Assembly (NCBI GenBank): GCA_039630575.1
Contig: JBCNUW010000014.1
Coordinates: forward strand, 1 to 50,843
Direction: 5' to 3'
Length of the DNA: 50,843 nt
Source of the DNA: Candidatus Hydrothermales bacterium
Lineage (GTDB): Bacteria > Hydrothermota > Hydrothermia > Hydrothermales > JAJRUZ01
In this document: piece by piece, positions 9,190 through 17,492 of the stretch
Layout of the letters: every line of letters starts with the position of its first letter
How positions within the stretch are numbered: position 1 is the stretch's first letter
Translations under genes and position numbers: made by a program
The notes under the pieces: generated by a model
The model's input: only the letters and a program-made list of their open reading frames with translations
What the model was told of the DNA's origin: nothing
Database searches by the model: none

Positions 9190-11055
9190 ATGAAAGTGGT
9201 ATTTCTTTTAATTTTTTCAACATCTTGGTTTTACAGAGATTTTGAAATAGCTAAAGGTCTTTATGAAAGGGCAAAAAGGGGTGAGGAGAATTTGGAAAAC
9301 CCCTTTGTTTATTTTATCAAATCAGTTGAAGACTTTAAATCTGGAAACCTTGAAAGAGCAAGAATTAATTTTGAAAAGGCAAAATACTTTTCAAATCTTG
9401 ATCCAGCTACAATCTTTCTCATGTTTTTAATTTCAGAAGTAAAAGGTTTGCCTCAGTATACTCATGACCTTTTTCCCTTAATTGTTAAATCTAAAGAAAA
9501 AAAACAAGTATCAGATATTTATCCTGTATCTGAATATTTTATTAAAAAATCAGAAAAAACCACACTTTTGAGCTTAAAGTTAGACGCCCTCGATAAGGCT
9601 CTTTTGATCTCTCCGTCTCATCTTGAAGCCTTCTCAAAGAAACTTGAAAATCTTTACAGAAACTTCAGGATTCTCGAATTCTTAAAAAACCTTTTAAGTT
9701 TTTCTCCATTTAAAACTTGTAACCCCCTTTTAAAAAACATTTTAAAATTGGCTATTACAAGGTTTTTAATTCTTTTTTTATACTCCCTTTTCTTTATTTT
9801 GATTTTAGGGATTTTAATAAGAAGAAGGTATTTTCTTTACTTTTTATTTAAGGAAAAAATATTAAAATTTCCCTATTTTGAATACCTACCTTTAATGATT
9901 TTTTTTCTACTTTTAATCTTGAAAGCTCCTTTAGCACTCTATTTACTTTTGATAATACCTACTATTTTTTTACTTGAGCAAAAGGAAAAAATTTTATTAA
10001 CTATACTTATAGTTTTGCTTTTAGTTTCTACATTTTTAATATTTCCCGCTGAGTCCTCATCTCTTTCCTTCATCAAAGATCCTCGTAATCCCTATTATCT
10101 TAAGTATTTAACAGAGAACTCTCCTTATGACGAAGATATTCTCTCAAAATGGGATAATTTTGATTTAGAAGAGAAAAATATGATAAAAAGCATAATTTAC
10201 ATGAAAAAAGGTGAAATAGTCGAAGCAGAAAAGTTGTTGAAAGATGAAAAGGAAAAAAATACGTACTATTATTATGTAAATCTTGGTAATCTTTATTTTT
10301 TAAAGGGGAAATATGATTCTTCTGGTTTTTTTTATAGAAAAGCACTAAGTTTAAATCCACAAGGTTTTGAAGCTCATTTTAATCTTGCTCAAGTTGCTTT
10401 TGTTCTTGTAGATCTTAGTCTATTTGAAAAACAAATTGAAATTTTAAACAGAATTGACTCGAGAAAAACTGAAAAATACATAAATACTATTAAAGAATAT
10501 AAACTTTCACCCTTTTTGTATGCCTATCCAGAGAAGTTCAAAAAATATAAAATAAAACGTGAAAGGAAAGGTTTATTTGTTAATACTTTCATTTTTCCAC
10601 CAATTTTTATACCTGTTTCCTTAGTTATTTTATTTCTGGTTTTTTTTCAAAAAAGATTCATTAAACCTGAAAGATGTAAAATCTGTATGAAAACAGTGTT
10701 TATTGAGAAAGAAAGTGTTCCTCCTTTTGGTGTTCTATGCAGAGATTGTAAGGATGAAATTCTTCCTCTTGAATCTTTAAAATTAAAACAGAGACTTGCA
10801 GCAAGACTTAAAATGAAGAGATTAAATAGAATTAAAAATATGCTCCTTTTTTCAAATATACTTTTGCCTGGTCTTGGATTTGTAATTAATAATTCTTTGA
10901 TACTCTTTTTAATAACCTCTTCATTTTTTTCTTTAGGAATAATAATAATACTCTTTACTCAATTTAAATTTTTTGGCATTATACTTTATTTAACTTGTAT
11001 TTTGATTTCACTAATTTATTACATTATAGGAGGTAGGATAGATGAAAATATTTAG
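9190..11055 (+). CDS. Multi-pass membrane TPR protein with C-terminal Cys4 zinc-ribbon
   Basis: Several hydrophobic segments; TPR (YVNLGNLYFLKGKYDSSGFFYRKALSLNP); CKIC...CRDC. Confidence 0.75.
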   Translation: MKVVFLLIFSTSWFYRDFEIAKGLYERAKRGEENLENPFVYFIKSVEDFKSGNLERARINFEKAKYFSNLDPATIFLMFLISEVKGLPQYTHDLFPLIVKSKEKKQVSDIYPVSEYFIKKSEKTTLLSLKLDALDKALLISPSHLEAFSKKLENLYRNFRILEFLKNLLSFSPFKTCNPLLKNILKLAITRFLILFLYSLFFILILGILIRRRYFLYFLFKEKILKFPYFEYLPLMIFFLLLILKAPLALYLLLIIPTIFLLEQKEKILLTILIVLLLVSTFLIFPAESSSLSFIKDPRNPYYLKYLTENSPYDEDILSKWDNFDLEEKNMIKSIIYMKKGEIVEAEKLLKDEKEKNTYYYYVNLGNLYFLKGKYDSSGFFYRKALSLNPQGFEAHFNLAQVAFVLVDLSLFEKQIEILNRIDSRKTEKYINTIKEYKLSPFLYAYPEKFKKYKIKRERKGLFVNTFIFPPIFIPVSLVILFLVFFQKRFIKPERCKICMKTVFIEKESVPPFGVLCRDCKDEILPLESLKLKQRLAARLKMKRLNRIKNMLLFSNILLPGLGFVINNSLILFLITSSFFSLGIIIILFTQFKFFGIILYLTCILISLIYYIIGGRIDENI

Positions 11056-12007
11056 TGAAGGTATGAGTGGAAGTTTAAAGATATTTTCAGCTCCTGATGT
11101 TCTCCAACTTATATCACAGCAAAGAAAAAGGGGTGTAGTTTACTTTTACAGGGGAAAAACAGAGGCTGCAGTTGGATTTGAAGATGGAAAAGTAGTAGCC
11201 GCCTACATAATAAGAGAAGGAGAATTTGAATCTCTTGAAAACTATCTTGTTAGATCAGGTCTTGTATCAGAACAGGATTATAAAACTGCTAAGGAAATTC
11301 ACGAAGATACAGGAGAACCAATTGAAGAAATTTTGGTAAAGGGAGGTGTTATAACTTATGAAAATCTTGTTGACATAATTTCTTTTAAAATTCAAGAGGT
11401 TATAGATGAGATAATTACTTGGAAAGAGGGAATTTACAAGTTTGAACCAGAGAAGGAAATTTATAAATTTTCAAAAATAAAAATAAGTTTGCCTTTAGAC
11501 TCTTTACTGATGGAAGCAGCTTGGCATCAGGACGAGTGGCCAAGGATAAAGGAGAAAATTAAAAGTTCTGACATGGTATTCAAAATTTCAGAAAAAAAAC
11601 CTTACCTTGAACTTGAACTGGAAAAAGACGAAAAAAAAGTGCTTAAGCTCATTAATGGGAAGAGAACTGTGCAAGATTTAGTTAATTTAACTGGTCTTGG
11701 AAAATTCAAAACCTTCTATGCCCTCTTTAGACTCTACGAGATGGGAAGAATTGAACCTGTAGAAAAACCTGCTGAGGAATCGGAAAAAGTCAAAGTAGTT
11801 CAAAGAAGAGAAAAATTCAAAATTCATGAGAAAGAAGTTTTTAAAATTTCCTTTAAGCAATTCTATATATCTTTAACAATTATTTTTATTTTTCTCTTTT
11901 TTATTTTCAGAATAGACAAAAGGTGGATCTTTCCTGTTGTTGACAGAATAATTCCAGAATACAAATTAGAAAAAATAGATGAGAGTTTGTTTAACATATC
12001 TCCATGA
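11042..12007 (+). CDS. DUF4388 (PatA-N-like) domain membrane-anchored protein
   Basis: GSLKIFSAPDVLQLI..RKRG, WKEGIYKF, LLMEAAW..DEW, winged-helix-like INGKRTVQDL, C-terminal TM; SD GGAGGT. Confidence 0.85.
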   Translation: MKIFSEGMSGSLKIFSAPDVLQLISQQRKRGVVYFYRGKTEAAVGFEDGKVVAAYIIREGEFESLENYLVRSGLVSEQDYKTAKEIHEDTGEPIEEILVKGGVITYENLVDIISFKIQEVIDEIITWKEGIYKFEPEKEIYKFSKIKISLPLDSLLMEAAWHQDEWPRIKEKIKSSDMVFKISEKKPYLELELEKDEKKVLKLINGKRTVQDLVNLTGLGKFKTFYALFRLYEMGRIEPVEKPAEESEKVKVVQRREKFKIHEKEVFKISFKQFYISLTIIFIFLFFIFRIDKRWIFPVVDRIIPEYKLEKIDESLFNISP

Positions 12008-12924
12008 ATTCTAAAAGGGAACTTTCAAAACTTATTACAAAGATTGAAAACTTTGAGGAACTTGACTCTGAGATTTTAAAAAAAATTTTTGAAAAGGAGG
12101 GTAGAGCTCATAGAATCGGTTTTACAGGACCACCAGGGGTAGGAAAAAGTACATTAACTGATAAGATAGCTTCCTTATTTGTAGATGAAAATAAAGCGAT
12201 TGGTATACTTGCGGTTGATCCCACAAGCCCATTCACAGGTGGAGCAATACTTGGGGATAGAATAAGAATGGAAGAATCTTCAAAGAAAGGTGTATTTATA
12301 AGGAGTCTCGGATCAAGGGGAGGAATAGGTGGTTTATCCAGGAGAACTTACCTTTCTACCCTATCTATGGAAGCTTTTGGAATGGATTACATAATAATTG
12401 AAACTGTTGGGGTAGGACAAGTTGATTTGGAAATTAAATTTGTTGCTGATACAACTATTGTTGTTTTAACACCTGAATCTGGAGATTATATTCAGGCAAT
12501 GAAAGCTGGATTGATGGAAATTGGTGACATTTATGTCGTTAACAAGTGTGATAGACCTGGAGCTGAAGAAATTAAAAGAGAGATAGAGTTTGTTCTTTCA
12601 TTTTTTCCTAATTCTGATTGGAATAAAAAGGTTTTACTTTCAAATGGATTGAAAGGAGAGGGAATACAAGAGTTAAAAAGGGAAATAATTAATCACAAAA
12701 ATTATTTAGAAATAACGAAGAAAAAAGAACAAATTGTAAAGGAGAGAAGAAAAAGATTTTTAATAGATTTTTTGAGAGATGAGGTATGGGATCAAATTGA
12801 ACTTTTACTTGTTGAAAACGGTCTTATTGAGAAATTTTTAGCTGATATTGAATTTGGTAAATCTCTCGATGAGATAAGGAAAGATTTTTATAAGTTTTTA
12901 AAAAAAGGGTTAAACTCCCTTTAA
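12004..12924 (+). CDS. meaB: B12-mutase-associated GTPase (MeaB/ArgK family)
   Basis: GFTGPPGVGKST, VDPTSPFTGGAILGDRIRM, ETVGVGQ, NKCD. Confidence 0.95.
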   Translation: MNSKRELSKLITKIENFEELDSEILKKIFEKEGRAHRIGFTGPPGVGKSTLTDKIASLFVDENKAIGILAVDPTSPFTGGAILGDRIRMEESSKKGVFIRSLGSRGGIGGLSRRTYLSTLSMEAFGMDYIIIETVGVGQVDLEIKFVADTTIVVLTPESGDYIQAMKAGLMEIGDIYVVNKCDRPGAEEIKREIEFVLSFFPNSDWNKKVLLSNGLKGEGIQELKREIINHKNYLEITKKKEQIVKERRKRFLIDFLRDEVWDQIELLLVENGLIEKFLADIEFGKSLDEIRKDFYKFLKKGLNSL

Positions 12925-12943
12925 ATTTAAATTTTAAAAAAGT

Positions 12944-14620
12944 ATGGATAGAGAAAAACTTTTAGAAGAAAAGAAAAAATGGGAAGAGAAATGTTCTTTA
13001 AAATATAAAGATGAAAAACAAAGCTTTAGAACAATTTCAGGTCTTGAGATAAAAAATATTTATACACCCTTTGATATTATAGATCTTGACTACTTAAAAG
13101 ATCTGGGGTTCCCAGGTGAGTATCCCTTCACAAGGGGAATACATGGAAATATGTATAGAGGCAAGTTGTGGACTATCAGACAATTTTCAGGTTTTGGAAC
13201 AGCTAAAGATACAAATGAAAGGTTTAAGTTTCTTTTAAAACATGGTCAGACTGGTCTTTCTACTGCTTTTGATATGCCCACTCTTATGGGTTATGACTCA
13301 GATCATCCTTTAGCTCAGGGAGAAATAGGTAGAGAGGGAGTTGCTGTAGATACATTAAAAGATTTTGAAATTCTTTTTGATGGTATACCCCTTGATAAGG
13401 TTTCTACATCTTTTACTATAAATTCACCTGCTTCCATAATCCTTGCTATGTATATAGCTGTAGGTGAAAAACAAGGTGTTCCTTCTCATCAATTAAGAGG
13501 TACAATTCAAAACGACATTTTAAAAGAATATCATGCCCAAAATGAGTGGATCTTCCCTCCGGAACCTTCAATTAAAATAATTACAGATATTTTTGAATTC
13601 GCAAAGGATCATCTCCCAAAGTTTAATACAATATCAATCTCAGGTTATCATATAAGAGAGGCAGGATCAACTGCTGCTCAAGAGCTTGCATTTACACTTG
13701 CCGATGGTTTTGCCTACGTAGAGGCAGGTATTAGAAGAGGTCTTGATGTTGATGAATTTGCAAGTAGACTTTCCTTTTTCTTTAATGCCCATATGGATTT
13801 TTTTGAGGAAATAGCCAAATTCAGAGCAGCACGAAGAATATGGGCAAGAGAGCTTAGGGAAAGATACAACGCTAAAAATCCAAGATCAATGATGCTAAGA
13901 TTTCACACTCAAACTGCAGGTTGTTCCCTTCAAGCTCAACAGCCACTTGTAAATATTATAAGAACAACCATAGAAGCTCTATCAGCAGTTTTTGGTGGAA
14001 CCCAAAGCCTCCATACCAACTCCTACGATGAAGCTCTCCAGCTTCCAGCAGAATTACCAGCTGTCATAGCTGTAAGAACACAACAGGTCATAGCCTATGA
14101 ATCTGGAGTGATAAACACCGTTGATCCACTTGCAGGCAGTTATTTCGTAGAGGCCTTAACTAACAAATTGGAAGAAGAGGCTTATAAATACTTTGATGAA
14201 ATTCTTAGAAAAGGCAACGGTTCTTTCCTTGATGGTGTCCTGAAAGGAATAGAGGAAGGCTATTTTAAAAGGGAAATAGCTAATGCTTCATATGAGTTTC
14301 AAAAAAGGGTTGAATCTGGAGATTATGTAATAGTAGGAGTAAACAAATTTGTTGACCCTGAAGAAAAAATTGAGGTTCCACCATTTAAAATAGATCCTGA
14401 TATTGAAAGAAAACAGATAGAATTTTTGCATAAGGTAAAATCAGAGAGGGACAATATAGCTGTAAAAAATGCCCTAAATGCACTTGCAAAAGCAGCAGAA
14501 AGAGGTGATAATTTGATGCCTTATATTATCGAATGTGTAAGAAGGTATGCCACTGAAGGTGAAATTGTTGATACATTAAAGGCAATTTTTGGAGTTTATA
14601 GAGAAAAAGTAGTTGTTTAA
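12944..14620 (+). CDS. Acyl-CoA mutase large (substrate-binding) subunit, isobutyryl-CoA mutase-like
   Basis: [50 protein letters not shown]; no B12-binding domain in this ORF. Confidence 0.9.
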   Translation: MDREKLLEEKKKWEEKCSLKYKDEKQSFRTISGLEIKNIYTPFDIIDLDYLKDLGFPGEYPFTRGIHGNMYRGKLWTIRQFSGFGTAKDTNERFKFLLKHGQTGLSTAFDMPTLMGYDSDHPLAQGEIGREGVAVDTLKDFEILFDGIPLDKVSTSFTINSPASIILAMYIAVGEKQGVPSHQLRGTIQNDILKEYHAQNEWIFPPEPSIKIITDIFEFAKDHLPKFNTISISGYHIREAGSTAAQELAFTLADGFAYVEAGIRRGLDVDEFASRLSFFFNAHMDFFEEIAKFRAARRIWARELRERYNAKNPRSMMLRFHTQTAGCSLQAQQPLVNIIRTTIEALSAVFGGTQSLHTNSYDEALQLPAELPAVIAVRTQQVIAYESGVINTVDPLAGSYFVEALTNKLEEEAYKYFDEILRKGNGSFLDGVLKGIEEGYFKREIANASYEFQKRVESGDYVIVGVNKFVDPEEKIEVPPFKIDPDIERKQIEFLHKVKSERDNIAVKNALNALAKAAERGDNLMPYIIECVRRYATEGEIVDTLKAIFGVYREKVVV

Positions 14621-14635
14621 AGATTTTGTAAAACT

Positions 14636-14667
14636 ACTTTCTCTAATACCACACATGGAAAGAAAGT
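14636..14667. terminator. Weak intergenic hairpin after the mutase gene
   Basis: ACTTTCT...CCA-CACA-TGG...AGAAAGT inverted repeat with internal loop; only a short U tract follows. Confidence 0.3.
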
Positions 14668-14749
14668 TTCAAATGAATTTTGAAAAAAGATTTAAAAAAA
14701 GAAAAGACTTCAAAATTTTCCTCCTTATGATGAATTAATTAATTTTTAA

Positions 14750-15532
14750 ATGAAATTTTTTGGAAAAGATAAAATTGGTTCAAATGTTATACTAAAGGGT
14801 GTGCCCTTTGAGTATTTTTCTCCCTTTTCAGGTTGTGCTCTTGCTCCAAGTTTTCTAAGATACTGTTCTGAATATATTGAAACAAAAAGTCTTTATTTTG
14901 ATAGATTTTGTGAAAACTTTGAAGATAAAGGAGATATACCTTGCTTTGGTGTTGACTTAAAAGAAGCAAGTTATTTGATAGAGGAAAATGTTTTGGATAT
15001 TTTTAAAAGTAAAAAAACAGCAATTTTCATAGGTGGTGATCACACCATAACTTTTTTTATTTTAAGATCTATAAAAAAGATTTTCCCGGACTTAAAGGTT
15101 TTAATTTTTGATGCTCATACAGATTTCAGAGATACCTTTATGGATTCTAAGATCAATCATGCCACATGGTTAAAAAGACTTTATGAAGAGAAGGTTGTAA
15201 AAGATGATGATGTTTTCTTATTTGGTATTAGAGAAAAATTTCCTGAAACACCATTCAAAGTTTTAAATAAAATTGATTTAATGAATCTAAGTGGAAGATT
15301 TTATCTTTCTTTTGACCTTGATGTTTTAAATCCTAATATTTTTCCTTCTGTTACAAACCCAGTTCCAGGTGGGTTTGATTTTGAAGAGATTATAAATCTT
15401 TTAAAAGAAATAAAAGATATTATTGTTTCAGCCGACTTTGTTGAATATAATCCTCTAAGAGGAGATGCCATTCTTTCAGGTATTAATTTTTCAACTTTGA
15501 TTCGTGAGTTTATTGTATTAAAATCTTTATGA
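14750..15532 (+). CDS. Arginase/agmatinase-family ureohydrolase
   Basis: Metal-binding motifs GGDHTI, DAHTD, SFDLDVL; PVPGG. Confidence 0.9.
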   Translation: MKFFGKDKIGSNVILKGVPFEYFSPFSGCALAPSFLRYCSEYIETKSLYFDRFCENFEDKGDIPCFGVDLKEASYLIEENVLDIFKSKKTAIFIGGDHTITFFILRSIKKIFPDLKVLIFDAHTDFRDTFMDSKINHATWLKRLYEEKVVKDDDVFLFGIREKFPETPFKVLNKIDLMNLSGRFYLSFDLDVLNPNIFPSVTNPVPGGFDFEEIINLLKEIKDIIVSADFVEYNPLRGDAILSGINFSTLIREFIVLKSL

Positions 15533-15547
15533 AATTTATAATATAAA

Positions 15548-16048
15548 ATGTATAATCATCTTTTTAGTGTTCTTTTCTTTATTTATTCTGACTCCCTAAG
15601 GATATACGATCTTACAAAAGATAAAGATGACTTTACAAAAAGAAGTTTTTTTGTTGAACTGTTGGGTCAAGGTATAACTATTTCTGCAAATTACGATTAT
15701 AGATTCAATTATAACTTAACTTATAGGGTAGGCATAGGTATTTTACCAGTATTATTTATTTTTGTTCCTTCTTTTCCAATGTCAATAAATTTTCTATCTG
15801 AAATATTAGATTCTCATTATCTTGAACTTGGTGTTGGAACTACTTTTTTCTTTATTTTTCCCCTTCCTACAGCAAACATAGGATATAGATACCAGCCTAA
15901 AAGGGCTGGTTTTATGTTAAGAATTAACTTCACGCCAATTTATGATATTTTTTATTTTAAAGACGGACTTAGTCAATACCTTTTTGGTCCTAATGGAAAA
16001 TCTCAGTTGGTACTTTTAGGTGGGATTTCTTTTGGCTACACAAGATAA
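15548..16048 (+). CDS. Hypothetical small outer-membrane beta-barrel protein
   Basis: Alternating beta-strand patterns (ISANYDYRF, YLELGVG, NIGYRYQP, GISFGYT). Confidence 0.55.
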   Translation: MYNHLFSVLFFIYSDSLRIYDLTKDKDDFTKRSFFVELLGQGITISANYDYRFNYNLTYRVGIGILPVLFIFVPSFPMSINFLSEILDSHYLELGVGTTFFFIFPLPTANIGYRYQPKRAGFMLRINFTPIYDIFYFKDGLSQYLFGPNGKSQLVLLGGISFGYTR

Positions 16049-16090
16049 AGCTTATAATATTAAAATTTAAAAATCTGAAAGGAGGTAAAA

Positions 16091-17155
16091 ATGGAGGAGA
16101 AAATAAACCAAGTTATTGAGGCTTTAAAAAATGTGTATGATCCTGAACTTGGTAGAGATATAGTTTCTTTAAAGATGATAAGTGATATAAAGGTGTGTGA
16201 CAGTGTTGTTTCTTTTAAGTTTACTTTGACAACTCCAGCTTGTCCTTTAAGAGATAAGTTAAAAAAAGAAGCTGAAGAAGCTGTAAGAAAACTCCCTTGG
16301 GTTGATAGGGTAATCATAAACATGGATGCTCAAGTTAAGGCTAAAGATGTTAATATTGAAAGAAAGATTAAGGGAATAAAACATGTTATAGCAATTGTTA
16401 GTGGAAAAGGGGGTGTGGGGAAATCAACAGTTGCTTTAAACTTGGCACTTGCTCTTAAAAACATGGCCTCTAAAACTGGTCTTCTTGATGGAGATGTTTA
16501 TGGTCCCACTCTTTCCATAATGGGAAAAACAAAAGCTCCTCCTTTTGTTAACGAAGAGGAAAAGATTGTTCCACCTCTTTATTTTGGGATACCTATAATA
16601 TCTCTTGGATTTTTAACTTCTCAAGATCAAGCAATAGTTTGGAGAGGCCCAATAGTTCATAATGCCTATAGACAGATGCTTTTTGATTTAGAATGGGGTG
16701 AACTCGATTACCTTATTGTTGATTTACCACCAGGAACAGGTGATTCTTTGATATCTATAACACAACTTGTGGAGCTCTCAGGAGCTATTTTGGTTACAAC
16801 TCCTCAAGAAGTTTCTGTCTCTGATGTAAGGAGAGCAGGGGTATTTTTAAAAAAGATGAATGTTCCTATTTTGGCTGTTGTTGAGAATATGAGCGATTTT
16901 TTGTGCCCTCACTGTAGAAAAACTTCACATCTTTTTAGTGGAAAAGGAGGAGAGGTGCTTTCTAATGAATTTGGACTAAAAGATTACATAAAACTTCCCT
17001 TTGATCCTTTAATTGCTGAGTGTTCTGAAAAGGGGGAGCCCTATTTTGAAATAGTTTCAGATTCAGTTGGAAAAAGTGCTTTTATTAAACTTGCTCAAGA
17101 TGTGGCTTCAAGAATAAGTGTTTTAACTTTTAAAAATCAAGTCCACGATTTTTGA
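16091..17155 (+). CDS. apbC: Mrp/ApbC (NBP35) Fe-S carrier ATPase with N-terminal DUF59 domain
   Basis: DPELGRDIV..LTTPACP; SGKGGVGKST; DLPPGTGD; ENMSDFLCPHC; SD GGAGGT. Confidence 0.93.
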   Translation: MEEKINQVIEALKNVYDPELGRDIVSLKMISDIKVCDSVVSFKFTLTTPACPLRDKLKKEAEEAVRKLPWVDRVIINMDAQVKAKDVNIERKIKGIKHVIAIVSGKGGVGKSTVALNLALALKNMASKTGLLDGDVYGPTLSIMGKTKAPPFVNEEEKIVPPLYFGIPIISLGFLTSQDQAIVWRGPIVHNAYRQMLFDLEWGELDYLIVDLPPGTGDSLISITQLVELSGAILVTTPQEVSVSDVRRAGVFLKKMNVPILAVVENMSDFLCPHCRKTSHLFSGKGGEVLSNEFGLKDYIKLPFDPLIAECSEKGEPYFEIVSDSVGKSAFIKLAQDVASRISVLTFKNQVHDF

Positions 17156-17492
17156 GTACGAAAAAATAACCCATAAAAAGAATAAATACAAATAGAATTA
17201 GCTCTATTGCTGCAAAAAGACCAAACTTTTTAGCCTCTAAGACGAATGGAAATAAAATAACAGCCTCTATATCAAATAATAGAAAAAGAAGAAGAAAAGG
17301 AAAAACCTTTATACCATATTTTTTGTAGGCAGTATCCCTATAAAGCATTCCGCTTTCGTAGGGTTCAAGTTTTGTAGAAGAATACCTATAACCGAAAATT
17401 CTATTTTTTATGGTAGAAGAAACAATCTGAACTAATGTAAATATTAAAAATACAAAAGAAAGAAAAATTAAAAAGGCTAAATAACTATCCAT
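17130..17492 (-). CDS. nuoA: NADH-quinone oxidoreductase subunit A-like protein (orphan)
   Basis: 120 aa, three hydrophobic segments, PYESG and LFLLFDIE motifs. Confidence 0.85.
   Translation of the reverse strand: MDSYLAFLIFLSFVFLIFTLVQIVSSTIKNRIFGYRYSSTKLEPYESGMLYRDTAYKKYGIKVFPFLLLFLLFDIEAVILFPFVLEAKKFGLFAAIELILFVFILFMGYFFVLKNRGLDF

Noticed and set aside
14636..14713. Selenoprotein (TGA followed by a hairpin on the minus strand)
   Set aside because: The loop is only about 13 nt from the TGA, the read-through peptide has no redox motif, and it would run antisense into the mutase gene.
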